Shown here in pieces: positions 1 to 8,455 of a stretch of 60,610 nt of DNA. The notes beneath the pieces are model-generated. The model saw nothing but the letters and a program-made list of their open reading frames with translations, had not been told where the DNA came from and ran no database searches. Every line of letters begins with the position of its first letter. Position 1 is the stretch's first letter. This stretch comes from an uncultured Armatimonadetes bacterium (lineage in GTDB: Bacteria; Armatimonadota; UBA5829; DTJY01): contig CALNCU010000173.1 of NCBI GenBank assembly GCA_937875395.1, forward strand, positions 1-60,610. Reading direction: 5' to 3'. The position numbers and the translations under genes were made by a program.

Positions 1-165
1 CTCTTTGGACTGGTCCGCAGCCTTTTCACTTGAGGGCACATCCCATCCCACGCAAATTATCTGCCCAACCCCGGCCGCATCTGCTCTTGATAAGACACTG
101 CCTATATCCGGGCTGAAATCCTCATGGTTTAAATGGCAGTGGGAATCAACAAGGCGCAGCGTCAT
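1..165 (-). CDS. tatD: TatD family hydrolase/DNase, N-terminal part (runs off the window)
   Basis: Not in the ORF track. Manual translation gives MTLRLVDSHCHLNHEDFSPDIGSVLSRADAAGVGQIICVGWD, with the D-S-H-C-H metal motif. Its ATG overlaps the upstream TGA (ATGA). Confidence 0.85.
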   Translation of the reverse strand, partial: MTLRLVDSHCHLNHEDFSPDIGSVLSRADAAGVGQIICVGWDVPSSEKAADQSKE

Positions 166-977
166 ATCTCTCCCAGCCGGTCTGTTAAAAATTCATCCAC
201 CGCCAGATTAAACTGGTCGTGCCGGGTAAGGAAGCAGAAATGACCGGCGCCTTCTATAACCTCAAGAGTGGCGTCCTGCATCCTCAGGTACATCTCCTGC
301 GCAGAGGAAAGGAAGAAGGCGTTGTCATTTGCGCCGGCCACCACAAGCGTGGGCGCCGTTATCTGCGGCAGGGCCGGTCTTAAATCCGTGGTCTTTATTA
401 TGTTCAAACGCTGCGTTATTGTGGTCTTGGATGTCTTCATGGCCTCTCTTGCCACTGTGAGCACTGCCTCTACCTGGTGTTCCATGGCAAGCGCCCCCGT
501 GGTGCCTTTCCTGAAGAGCCTGTCCATGAGAACCCTGAATCGTGTGGCAAAAGAAGTGCGCAAAGGGTCATCAATTGATGAAATAGTGTTCAGAAAATGC
601 TCTGCAGATACCTTCTCCGGCAGTGAGGGAAAGCTTGAGGCAAGAACAAGCGCCCTTGTCTGCTCCGGATAGGTAAGGGCAAACCGCATGGCAACAAGCC
701 CCCCAAAGGAGTGCCCGCAGATAACCGCGCTTGTAAGCCCAAGCGCCTTAAGAAAAAGATGCAGGTCATCAACCAGAAGATTCAGTGTATAATCTGAAGA
801 CCGCTTAAGCCCCCGGCGCAGATCATAGCTTATAACCCGGTAGCTGTCCCGCAGGCCCCCAAACTGAAAGGTAAAGGCCTCTTTATACTCCGTAATCCCC
901 GGAATAAAGATGATGGGCATGCCTTGCCCGCATTCCGTATAATCCACCGCAAAATTATTTATATGTACCCTAGGCAA
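162..977 (-). CDS. alpha/beta fold hydrolase
   Basis: GHSFGG nucleophile elbow and C-terminal GAGHF His. Likely TTG start at 977 after a GGAGGTG SD; the ORF track extends to 1046. Confidence 0.85.
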   Translation of the reverse strand: MPRVHINNFAVDYTECGQGMPIIFIPGITEYKEAFTFQFGGLRDSYRVISYDLRRGLKRSSDYTLNLLVDDLHLFLKALGLTSAVICGHSFGGLVAMRFALTYPEQTRALVLASSFPSLPEKVSAEHFLNTISSIDDPLRTSFATRFRVLMDRLFRKGTTGALAMEHQVEAVLTVAREAMKTSKTTITQRLNIIKTTDLRPALPQITAPTLVVAGANDNAFFLSSAQEMYLRMQDATLEVIEGAGHFCFLTRHDQFNLAVDEFLTDRLGEI

Positions 978-1117
978 AATAACACCTCCCGGGATAGTTA
1001 ATTTTTTTACACCTATGCTTAAAGGATACGGCAAAGAATAAAGCATGTCAACGCCGCCTTTTTAAACAACGATGAGCTAAGTCACAAAAAGTTCACATAC
1101 ATTTTAGTTTCCAGACA

Positions 1118-1146
1118 TTGACAGACTGGATTATTATGCCTACAAT
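1118..1146 (+). promoter_or_regulatory. sigma70-type promoter of the hypothetical-mraZ operon
   Basis: TTGACA (1118-1123), 17 bp spacer, TACAAT (1141-1146). Confidence 0.8.
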
Positions 1147-1147
1147 G

Positions 1148-1173
1148 GGGGTGATTGGTGGTAGAAAGTGGTA
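1148..1173 (+). promoter_or_regulatory. MraZ-binding direct repeats
   Basis: GGGGTG/GTGGTA/GTGGTA at exact 10-bp period just after the -10. Matches the known GTGG-type MraZ box arrangement upstream of mraZ genes. Confidence 0.7.
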
Positions 1174-1367
1174 AATTAACCCATTATCGCCCAATAAGGT
1201 GGCAAATAGGGCAGCGAACATCCCTAAAAACCGCTTACCACCAGGGTTTGGCCATAGGCCAGAGTGTTCTGCGCACTGCACGGAGGAAGGCAAGCTGCAC
1301 GGGTGCGTAACTTGAACGCATCGTGACACATCGCCAAAATAATTGCGAACACGAAGGGGGAAGATTC

Positions 1368-2000
1368 ATGCCGCGCAGCAGAATCCCTGTAAGCTCTGTA
1401 AGCCAAATTTGCATAGATTTCCAACCGAAGGGACTCACCGCCGTCTACCTGGTAGAGACAGAGGACGATCGTGATGCCCTTGATCTTGCCGCACTCTTTG
1501 AAGGCTTTTCTCCCGTCCTTCAGTCACGGCAGCTCTCCACGGGCAAGCTGGTCTCTTATGCAGTGCTCCTCCAGGGTCAGGATCAGACTCTGCTTGAAGA
1601 GATAGAAAAAGTTCTAAAGACCAACTACGGTTTTGTTATCCTCCACAGATCGTTCGACAATATTATTCATGATATCGTCCGCGAGCTGTGCAAGGATTCC
1701 GGGAGCAGCCTTATCCCCGTGCCCAAGTGCGATATCTGCGGCAAGTATGATCCGTTTCCGGAGACGGCAATTAATTTTATGGATAAAGACAACTCTCTTA
1801 TTGCCACCCGGCGCTACTGCGCCACCTGCACGGCGGAATCTTCCGGCAGGAGCAATAAAGAGTTCATAATATCACTTCTGCAGGCAGACAGGAGCGACCT
1901 TGGCACCCTTGGCCGGACGGAACTGGTGCGAAGCCGCTCAAGAAAACAGATAGCCTTTAGAGTAAAGGCCGATGCAGAAGAACAGTGTGCGGTTAGTTAA
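1368..2000 (+). CDS. hypothetical protein with two CxxC motifs (putative Zn finger)
   Basis: ORF with GAAGGGGG SD before ATG 1368; CDICG and YCATC motifs; ends 11 bp before mraZ. Confidence 0.7.
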   Translation: MPRSRIPVSSVSQICIDFQPKGLTAVYLVETEDDRDALDLAALFEGFSPVLQSRQLSTGKLVSYAVLLQGQDQTLLEEIEKVLKTNYGFVILHRSFDNIIHDIVRELCKDSGSSLIPVPKCDICGKYDPFPETAINFMDKDNSLIATRRYCATCTAESSGRSNKEFIISLLQADRSDLGTLGRTELVRSRSRKQIAFRVKADAEEQCAVS

Positions 2001-2011
2001 AGGATAAATTA

Positions 2012-2443
2012 TTGTTTTCTGGTGCATACAGCCATTCTGTAGATAGTAAAGGAAGAACCGTTATCCCCGCCCGGTTTAGGTCTAAACTGGGCGAGCGGTT
2101 TTACCTTACCCGCGGCATGCACGGCTGCCTGTGGATATTCTCTGAAGAAGAGTGGCGGGAGTTCCAAAACAAGGTTGCCCCCAAATCCTTCCTGGACGGC
2201 AACGGCATTAAGCTTGAGCGGTTCTTTGTTGGTTCCGCCGTAGAGTGCATGCCGGACGGGCAGGGCAGAATAGCCGTCCCCCAGAACCTTCGCGAATATG
2301 CAGGGATTGAAGATGAGATATGGGTTGTAGGCCTTGGGAAAAAGGTAGAGATCTGGTCTGATGCCAAATGGCAGGAGTTCAACAACTCTCTTACCGATGA
2401 AGTTATAGAAGCGCTGGGTTCAGAGGCCCAGCCCCAGGAATAA
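2012..2443 (+). CDS. mraZ: transcriptional regulator MraZ
   Basis: 143 aa with two DxxGR repeats (DSKGR, DGQGR), 'LTRGMHGCLWIF' and 'KVEIWS'. Confidence 0.95.
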   Translation: MFSGAYSHSVDSKGRTVIPARFRSKLGERFYLTRGMHGCLWIFSEEEWREFQNKVAPKSFLDGNGIKLERFFVGSAVECMPDGQGRIAVPQNLREYAGIEDEIWVVGLGKKVEIWSDAKWQEFNNSLTDEVIEALGSEAQPQE

Positions 2444-2474
2444 CCTGAAACAGCGTTCACCGGCCGGGCAGGGC

Positions 2475-2508
2475 AGCCAGCAGGGATGCATCCCCGGCTT
2501 TTATTTTA
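2475..2508 (+). terminator. probable intrinsic terminator after mraZ
   Basis: AGCC...GGGATGCATCCC...GGCT stem followed by TTTATTTT. Confidence 0.5.
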
Positions 2509-2619
2509 TCCCAGCCCCGCAATATACGCATCCCCATTGTTAATCTTCCATCTCATGCATTATAATATCTTGTCCGGTAAATATCCGGCAGGCCAATAAG
2601 GTAAGGTAAGGAGTGTGTC

Positions 2620-3234
2620 ATGAATACTTATGCTGGACAGGCAGCCGTAAAAACAGGCAGCTTGCAGACAAAAATACTTGCTTCAACATTTTTTGCGCTT
2701 GTAGTGGCGGCGTGCAGCCAGATTGCCGTTTATCTGCCAATCTCGCCGGTGCCCGTAACCATGCAGGTTCTGGCGGTGCTACTCTCCGGGCTTGTGCTTG
2801 GGAGCCGGTGGGGCGCCATATGCCAGGCGGAATACCTTGTAATGGGCGCTATGGGCCTCCCTGTATTTGCAGGGTTCTCCGGCGGCCCGGCGGCCTTTGC
2901 CGACCCATCCGGCGGATACCTTTTTGGATTTGTGCTTGGGGCCTTCCTTGCCGGCTGGGTCTTTGAAAAATTGCAGAGCAAAACGCATTTTGCCGCTTGG
3001 GCGGCCGGAGTTGCCGGGATAGCGGGTATCTACATTGTAGGCGCTCCGTGGGTTGGAATCTGGATTGGCGCGGCAAGCGGCGGCTCCCTTAAATCCACCC
3101 TGCATGGGGCATGGTTTGCAGGGGTGGTCCCGTTCTTTGGGATAGACCTTATTAAGGCCTTTGCAGCCTCCGGCATCGCCCTTGGCGGGCGGTTTGGGTG
3201 CGGGCTTGCGGCAAACTTCCGCCGCCTTTTTTAA
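2620..3234 (+). CDS. bioY: biotin transporter BioY
   Basis: PVPVTMQ, GLPVFAG and GGYLFGF motifs; hydrophobic 204 aa. Confidence 0.92.
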   Translation: MNTYAGQAAVKTGSLQTKILASTFFALVVAACSQIAVYLPISPVPVTMQVLAVLLSGLVLGSRWGAICQAEYLVMGAMGLPVFAGFSGGPAAFADPSGGYLFGFVLGAFLAGWVFEKLQSKTHFAAWAAGVAGIAGIYIVGAPWVGIWIGAASGGSLKSTLHGAWFAGVVPFFGIDLIKAFAASGIALGGRFGCGLAANFRRLF

Positions 3235-3668
3235 TGATACGGCTTCGCGGACACCATCTGCTCTGCCTGCACGGTTTCCGAGGCCTTGGATACAGCCCTG
3301 CGTTTGCAGAGAATATGCAGCGGATAAAGAGTACGCTCCTAGATTCGCCCGGCAGGGAGATAGAACTTCTTGATTCGCCGGACGATATCTGCGCAGAGTG
3401 CCCAAACCTGCTTGGCGGCAGGTGCCGGGAAGAGGAGAGCGTGCAAAAAAAAGACCGGGCGGTGCTTGGCAGGCTCTTGCTTCCATCCGGGAGCCGAACC
3501 CCCGCCTATTATGCCTTTACAAAGGCCCAAAGATTGGCTGCTCCCTGCCTGGAAGAGATTTGCGTCTCCTGCCAATGGCATAATCTGGGTTACTGCAAAG
3601 ATGGGCTTGAACAGGGGCTCCCCTTCGCCAGCTCCAAAATGTTGGAGGAGATAGTTGGACGCAAATGA
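3234..3668 (+). CDS. DUF1284-like Cys/His-rich protein
   Basis: MIRLRGHHLLC..GF.G.GYS..F start, DDICAECP and ICVSCQW; TAATG overlap with bioY. Confidence 0.8.
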   Translation: MIRLRGHHLLCLHGFRGLGYSPAFAENMQRIKSTLLDSPGREIELLDSPDDICAECPNLLGGRCREEESVQKKDRAVLGRLLLPSGSRTPAYYAFTKAQRLAAPCLEEICVSCQWHNLGYCKDGLEQGLPFASSKMLEEIVGRK

Positions 3669-3783
3669 TCTGTATCTTGCGCCGCCCCCAAAGAGGTTAT
3701 CCCGGCTGCAAAACAAACGGGCCTTTTGCAGGAGATTACCACAAGCCCCATGATGGGCGGCCCTAAAACCGCCCACGCTTAAT

Positions 3784-4461
3784 CTATTTATCCGTATAAA
3801 CCCGCACAAGAAGAGTGTCGTTTGAAGAAAGCCCCTCCAGCACTACGGTGTAGACAGACCCCGATGAAAATACTGTTCCCAGAGCGCTTGCCAGAACAAC
3901 GGTGGGCTCCCCGGCACGTGTTACCGTAAGATCATAAGTCCCACCTGTAACCTCTTTGTATGCAGAGCTTGCACCGTAGGATACATTTGCAAAGAGCGTG
4001 GTAAACCCGCCGTTTGCCCTAAGGTCTGCGCTCAGGGTATCCGGCGATGCATGCACAAACCTTATTCTTGCATTTCCGGCTGCAGGCTGCCTGTTATCAT
4101 CTGTAAGAAGCAGCGCACTTACGCTGCCGGTCTGGCCTATAAGCATAAGCGTATAGGTTGTATTTCCGTTTAACTGCTCGTTTGTGTCAATGATTGGATT
4201 TACGGTCTGCCCCTCTGGGAATATGCGCACATGGTAGTTGCCGGATTCCAGCGTAGAGTAACCGGAAGCATTTGAATAGGGCAGGTTGGATACCTGCTTT
4301 GCTCCGTTTACAAATACATCCACAGCGCCGGTGTTGGGGCTTGCGTGAATCACCCTAAAGTCTGTTGTTGTAAACCCGCTGCTGCTTGAAGACCCGCAAC
4401 CCGCAAGCAGGCCGGTCAGAGCAGAAAAGCAGCAAATCATTAGTAAAATCCTGTTTATCAT
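3784..4461 (-). CDS. DUF4397-like lipoprotein
   Basis: Lipobox LAGC followed by a Ser linker; two R-V/F-x-HASP repeats. ATG 4461 follows a GGAGG SD. Confidence 0.8.
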   Translation of the reverse strand: MINRILLMICCFSALTGLLAGCGSSSSSGFTTTDFRVIHASPNTGAVDVFVNGAKQVSNLPYSNASGYSTLESGNYHVRIFPEGQTVNPIIDTNEQLNGNTTYTLMLIGQTGSVSALLLTDDNRQPAAGNARIRFVHASPDTLSADLRANGGFTTLFANVSYGASSAYKEVTGGTYDLTVTRAGEPTVVLASALGTVFSSGSVYTVVLEGLSSNDTLLVRVYTDK

Positions 4462-4831
4462 TCTATCCTCCATATCAAAGCTTTTACATAACCGTATGAT
4501 CATGAGCCGTTTGCATCACACGCGTGTTTCCCAATTACGGGTATAAGCAAACACTTTGCAACTGGTTTATGCCAGGGAGGATATATTACCTTATCCGACA
4601 GCGGATATTATAAGCATCTGCTGTAAGATTGGGCTTTTATTCAGCATCCTGATACCTTTTAATCTTTAAAATCAACCTTTGTATACCTTATAGCTAAAAC
4701 AGTCACAAAACAGACCTCTTTGAGCGGGATTACGGCAGAGCTTGAAAAAATTACGACCTTTACCCCCACATCATCTTTGTGATATAATAAGTGGTATAAT
4801 ATGTTATAAATGGCTCAAAAGGAGACCAGAT

Positions 4832-5446
4832 ATGCGCATATTAAATAAAATATTCGGCAAATCCTCCTCCGAGCAGAAGTTCTGGGAGTGGTTTGCCAAG
4901 AACTCTACGCGCCTCTATACCGCAGAAGGCCATACGGACGATGTCTGCCGTGAACTGGAAGAAGAAATGCACAAGGTTCACAAGGACCTGGCATACTCCT
5001 TCGGGCCTATAAAAGATGAACGACGGGAGTTTATAGTAAGCGCAGACGGCATGCTGAGCGTCTTTCCGGCTGTGCAAAGGCTTGCCAATGCCGCCCCGGA
5101 TCTGCCAAGCTGGCATATAACTGCATTCCGTCCGGCAACCGGCCCCTCGATCATAAGAGTGGGAAGCTGCTCTCTGCGTCCCTCGGATATCTTCTTCCTG
5201 GCAGAGGCGCAGGATAAGAAACTTAACCTGACTCTCTTCATAAAAGACCTGGACAGGCATGATGAGCAATCCTTAAGCAGCGCTGTATTCCTCTGCCTGG
5301 ATGCAATCCTTGGTGAGTACGATGCGCAGATGAAAATTGGTATGGTTGGCTGGAAACCCCTTCCAGACGGCCCGTCAAGAGATAAGCTCTACCGCATAGA
5401 AAAACTGCCGGAAATCACCCATCTGCTGCTGGATCAAACTACATAA
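4832..5446 (+). CDS. conserved hypothetical protein (FWxWF N-terminal motif)
   Basis: AGGAG SD then ATG 4832; protein-like composition (FWEWF, IVSADG, LDAILGEY). Confidence 0.65.
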   Translation: MRILNKIFGKSSSEQKFWEWFAKNSTRLYTAEGHTDDVCRELEEEMHKVHKDLAYSFGPIKDERREFIVSADGMLSVFPAVQRLANAAPDLPSWHITAFRPATGPSIIRVGSCSLRPSDIFFLAEAQDKKLNLTLFIKDLDRHDEQSLSSAVFLCLDAILGEYDAQMKIGMVGWKPLPDGPSRDKLYRIEKLPEITHLLLDQTT

Positions 5447-5458
5447 GCCAAATATTAT

Positions 5459-5499
5459 GGTAACCGAACCTCCTATTTCCACTGGTTACCTGCTATAAT
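5459..5499 (+). promoter_or_regulatory. inverted repeat and extended -10 upstream of the aldo/keto reductase
   Basis: GGTAACC-N18-GGTTACC directly followed by TGCTATAAT. Confidence 0.35.
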
Positions 5500-5544
5500 A
5501 CCTCTTATATAACACACCGGGTTTCACGCATTGAAAGGTTTTAT

Positions 5545-6537
5545 ATGACTTACCTTGCCGCAAGCAAACGATACGATTTTATGAAGTATAACCGGCTGGG
5601 CAGAAGCGGCCTAAAGCTCCCTGCAATCTCTCTTGGGCTCTGGCACAACTTTGGGGAAGTTGATGCATTTGAGAACTGCCGGTCTATGGCTCTTGGTGCA
5701 TTTGACCTTGGGATAACACATTTTGACCTTGCAAACAACTATGGCCCGCCGCAGGGCGCCGCGGAGGAGACCTTCGGCCGCATCTTAAAGCAGGGTCTTG
5801 CCGCCTATCGGGACGAGCTTATAATCTCTACAAAAGCCGGAGGACAGGCATGGCCGGGGCCGTATGGTGATTGGGGCTCCAGGAAAACCCTGCTTGCAAG
5901 CCTTGATAAATCGCTTGGGCGCATGGGCCTTGATTATGTGGATATATTCTATTCCCACCGCCCTGACCCGGATACGCCCCTTGAAGAGACTATGGGCGCA
6001 CTCTCTACCGCCGTCAAGCTGGGGAAGGCGCTCTACGCAGGCATATCCTCTTACACGCCGGAGCAGACACGGGAGGCGGCAAAGCTTCTTAAAGAGATGG
6101 GCACGCCCTGCGTAGTCCACCAGCCTTCATACTCCATGCTGGACCGCCGGGTTGAGGACGGGCTTCTTGCCACGCTTAATGAAGAAGGCATAGGATGCGT
6201 AGTCTTTTGCCCGCTGTACCAGGGAATCCTTACAAACAAGTATCTCACAGGGATACCGCTGGGCTCCCGTGCATCAAAGGCGCACAGCTTCCTTAATGCA
6301 AAACAGATTACGCAGGATGTTCAAGTAAAAGTCCGCAAGCTGAACGAGATTGCGGCGGGCCGCGGTCAGTCCCTTGCGCAGATGGCGCTTGCATGGGTGC
6401 TTAGGGACATGAGGGTAACATCTGCGCTTATAGGCGCAAGCAGCCTGAAGCAGATTGAAGAGAACGTCTCCGCGCTTAAAAACGCCTCCTTCAGCACAGA
6501 GACGCTTGCGCGCATAGATGCCATTCTATCAGAGTAG
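5545..6537 (+). CDS. mgrA: aldo/keto reductase, L-glyceraldehyde 3-phosphate reductase (YghZ/MgrA-like)
   Basis: SLGLWHNFG, FDLANNYGPP, STKAG and WPGPYGDWGSRK motifs. Confidence 0.85.
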   Translation: MTYLAASKRYDFMKYNRLGRSGLKLPAISLGLWHNFGEVDAFENCRSMALGAFDLGITHFDLANNYGPPQGAAEETFGRILKQGLAAYRDELIISTKAGGQAWPGPYGDWGSRKTLLASLDKSLGRMGLDYVDIFYSHRPDPDTPLEETMGALSTAVKLGKALYAGISSYTPEQTREAAKLLKEMGTPCVVHQPSYSMLDRRVEDGLLATLNEEGIGCVVFCPLYQGILTNKYLTGIPLGSRASKAHSFLNAKQITQDVQVKVRKLNEIAAGRGQSLAQMALAWVLRDMRVTSALIGASSLKQIEENVSALKNASFSTETLARIDAILSE

Positions 6538-6623
6538 AGAACTGCAAAAAGTTGGGGCGCATTCCAAAAATACGTTCGACTAAACAGGCTCTGCAGTGAT
6601 ATAATCTCTGCAGGGGGAAAAGC

Positions 6624-7553
6624 GTGAGTATTAAAAAAGTAGTAAGTGTAAGCCTGGGTTCGCCAAGCGGAGACAAGTTTGTAAGGGCCACTCTTCTTGG
6701 GCAGGAGTTTGAAATCTCCCGCATAGGCACAAACGGGGATTATGCAAAGTTTGCAGAGCTGGTACGGGAGCTGGACGGCAATGCAGATGCAATAGGCCTG
6801 GGCGGGATAGACCTCTATCTTTATGCAGGCAACCGCCGCTATACCATACGCGATGCAGCTAAACTTGCTTCAAATGCAAAGATAACCCCCGTTGTAGACG
6901 GCAGCGGCATTAAAAACACAATAGAACGCGAGACCATAGAATATCTGCAGCGGGAAGAGATAATAAACTTTAAAGAGAAACGGGTTCTTGTGGTCTGCGG
7001 AGTAGACCGGTTTGGGATGGCGGAATCCGTCGCCCGCCTTGCAAAATCCGTAGTCTTTGGCGATCTTATGTTTGATGTGGGCGTGCCCCATCCCATAAAA
7101 TCCTGGCTGGAGCTTAAAATAATTGCAAAGACCTTTCTTCCCATAGTCTGCAAGCTCCCCTTCAAATGGCTCTACCCCACAGGCTCGGACCAGGAGAAGA
7201 TTACCCCCCGGCATGAAGAGCATTTCCGGCAGGCGGATATTATTGCAGGGGACTACAAGATTATAGGAAGGTTTATGCCTCCGCCGGAATCCGGCGCTCT
7301 GCGCGGCAAAACGGTGATAACAAACACCCTTACCCCGGCAGATATCCAAAACCTGCGGGCGCGGGGCGTGGAGCTGCTTATCACATCAACCAAAGAGTTT
7401 GACGGGCGCACCTTTGCCACCAACGTCCTTGAAGGGATAGTAATCACCCTTGCAGAAAAACGCCCGGAAGAGATGACACCCTCGGATTACATGGACATAC
7501 TGGGCAGGATGGACTGGCGGCCTTCCATACACAGGCTGCTTGAGCCTTTTTAA
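6624..7553 (+). CDS. conserved protein of unknown function (family often labelled quinate 5-dehydrogenase)
   Basis: KVVSVSLGS, AIGLGGID, PVVDGSG.K, VDRFGMA and TNVLEG motifs, recalled from this family. Confidence 0.6.
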   Translation: MSIKKVVSVSLGSPSGDKFVRATLLGQEFEISRIGTNGDYAKFAELVRELDGNADAIGLGGIDLYLYAGNRRYTIRDAAKLASNAKITPVVDGSGIKNTIERETIEYLQREEIINFKEKRVLVVCGVDRFGMAESVARLAKSVVFGDLMFDVGVPHPIKSWLELKIIAKTFLPIVCKLPFKWLYPTGSDQEKITPRHEEHFRQADIIAGDYKIIGRFMPPPESGALRGKTVITNTLTPADIQNLRARGVELLITSTKEFDGRTFATNVLEGIVITLAEKRPEEMTPSDYMDILGRMDWRPSIHRLLEPF

Positions 7554-7616
7554 AAAGACCGGAAAGCCACAAAGAATCCCAGCCGTGCCCAAGCATGGTG
7601 AAATCTTTGGCTCCTC

Positions 7617-8297
7617 TTATGCAACCTCTGCCTTTTCATGGACTGCGCTCTCTTCTGCGGGGCTTTGTGTGCGGAACATAAAGTGGTAGACAATGCCAAT
7701 TACGGCAACTCCCAGAATCCAGGCAAGAGGCGGCAGGTTAACGGCGCCAAGCAGCGTCTTGTATATTCCAAAAGCAAAGAAGATACATGCAGCCCCTATC
7801 TTTATAGCCCTCTCCGGCAGATTCTTGCCCATTACCATGCCAGCAATAATGGCAAGCCCGTCAGATAAAACCATGCCCAGCGTGGAGCCAATCCACACCG
7901 GAATGAATGGGCCGTCCGTGGCAAGGGTAATTGTGCTAAGCATGGTTTTATCCCCAAGTTCTGCCAGAAAAAAGGTGATTGCAACCAGCATGAACGGGGA
8001 TTTAACTTTTTTGCCTGCGCCATTTTCATCTTCCAGGGAATCTCCCCGGAGGGTCCACATGCCAAACCCTATAAAGGCAAGCCCGGCAGCAAAGTTTATC
8101 CAATTTGCAGGCAGAAGCGTCCCGGCCCCCACTCCTATAAGCACAGAGAAAACATGTACCAGAAGAGTAGCAAAAAAGATTCCGGCAAGCACTACCTTTG
8201 CATTAAATTGTGTAGCCAAAGAAAGAGCCACAAGCTGGGTCTTATCCCCAAGCTCAGCAATAAAAATGACAAAAAGAGATAACCAAAAGGCCCCCAA
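7617..8297 (-). CDS. TMEM165/GDT1 (UPF0016) family Mn/Ca exporter
   Basis: Two ExGDKT motifs (AELGDKTQ, AELGDKTM). Confidence 0.93.
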   Translation of the reverse strand: MGAFWLSLFVIFIAELGDKTQLVALSLATQFNAKVVLAGIFFATLLVHVFSVLIGVGAGTLLPANWINFAAGLAFIGFGMWTLRGDSLEDENGAGKKVKSPFMLVAITFFLAELGDKTMLSTITLATDGPFIPVWIGSTLGMVLSDGLAIIAGMVMGKNLPERAIKIGAACIFFAFGIYKTLLGAVNLPPLAWILGVAVIGIVYHFMFRTQSPAEESAVHEKAEVA

Positions 8298-8357
8298 CAG
8301 CTATGCCCCCTTAAAAAAACCTGCCCCGCCACATCCGCCGGCCGGGCAACATTCATA

Positions 8358-8386
8358 ATTATAGCTCTCCCCCGGCATTTCTGCAA
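8358..8386 (-). promoter_or_regulatory. sigma70-type promoter of the UPF0016 gene
   Basis: TTGCAG-N17-TATAAT on the minus strand. Confidence 0.6.
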
Positions 8387-8455
8387 CAGGAATATCCGGG
8401 AAAGGTGGCATAATAAGGGATCTTATGGTAAACTCTATTCTTGTGAGGTCTGGAA

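Noticed and set aside
2536-2566. BirA operator upstream of bioY
   Set aside because: Only one TGTTAA half-site; the other half is better explained as the -10 TATAAT.
4505-4700. Possible c-di-AMP riboswitch upstream of the DUF4397 lipoprotein (GCTGAAT on the minus strand)
   Set aside because: The remaining ydaO consensus blocks are missing; only one hairpin is evident.
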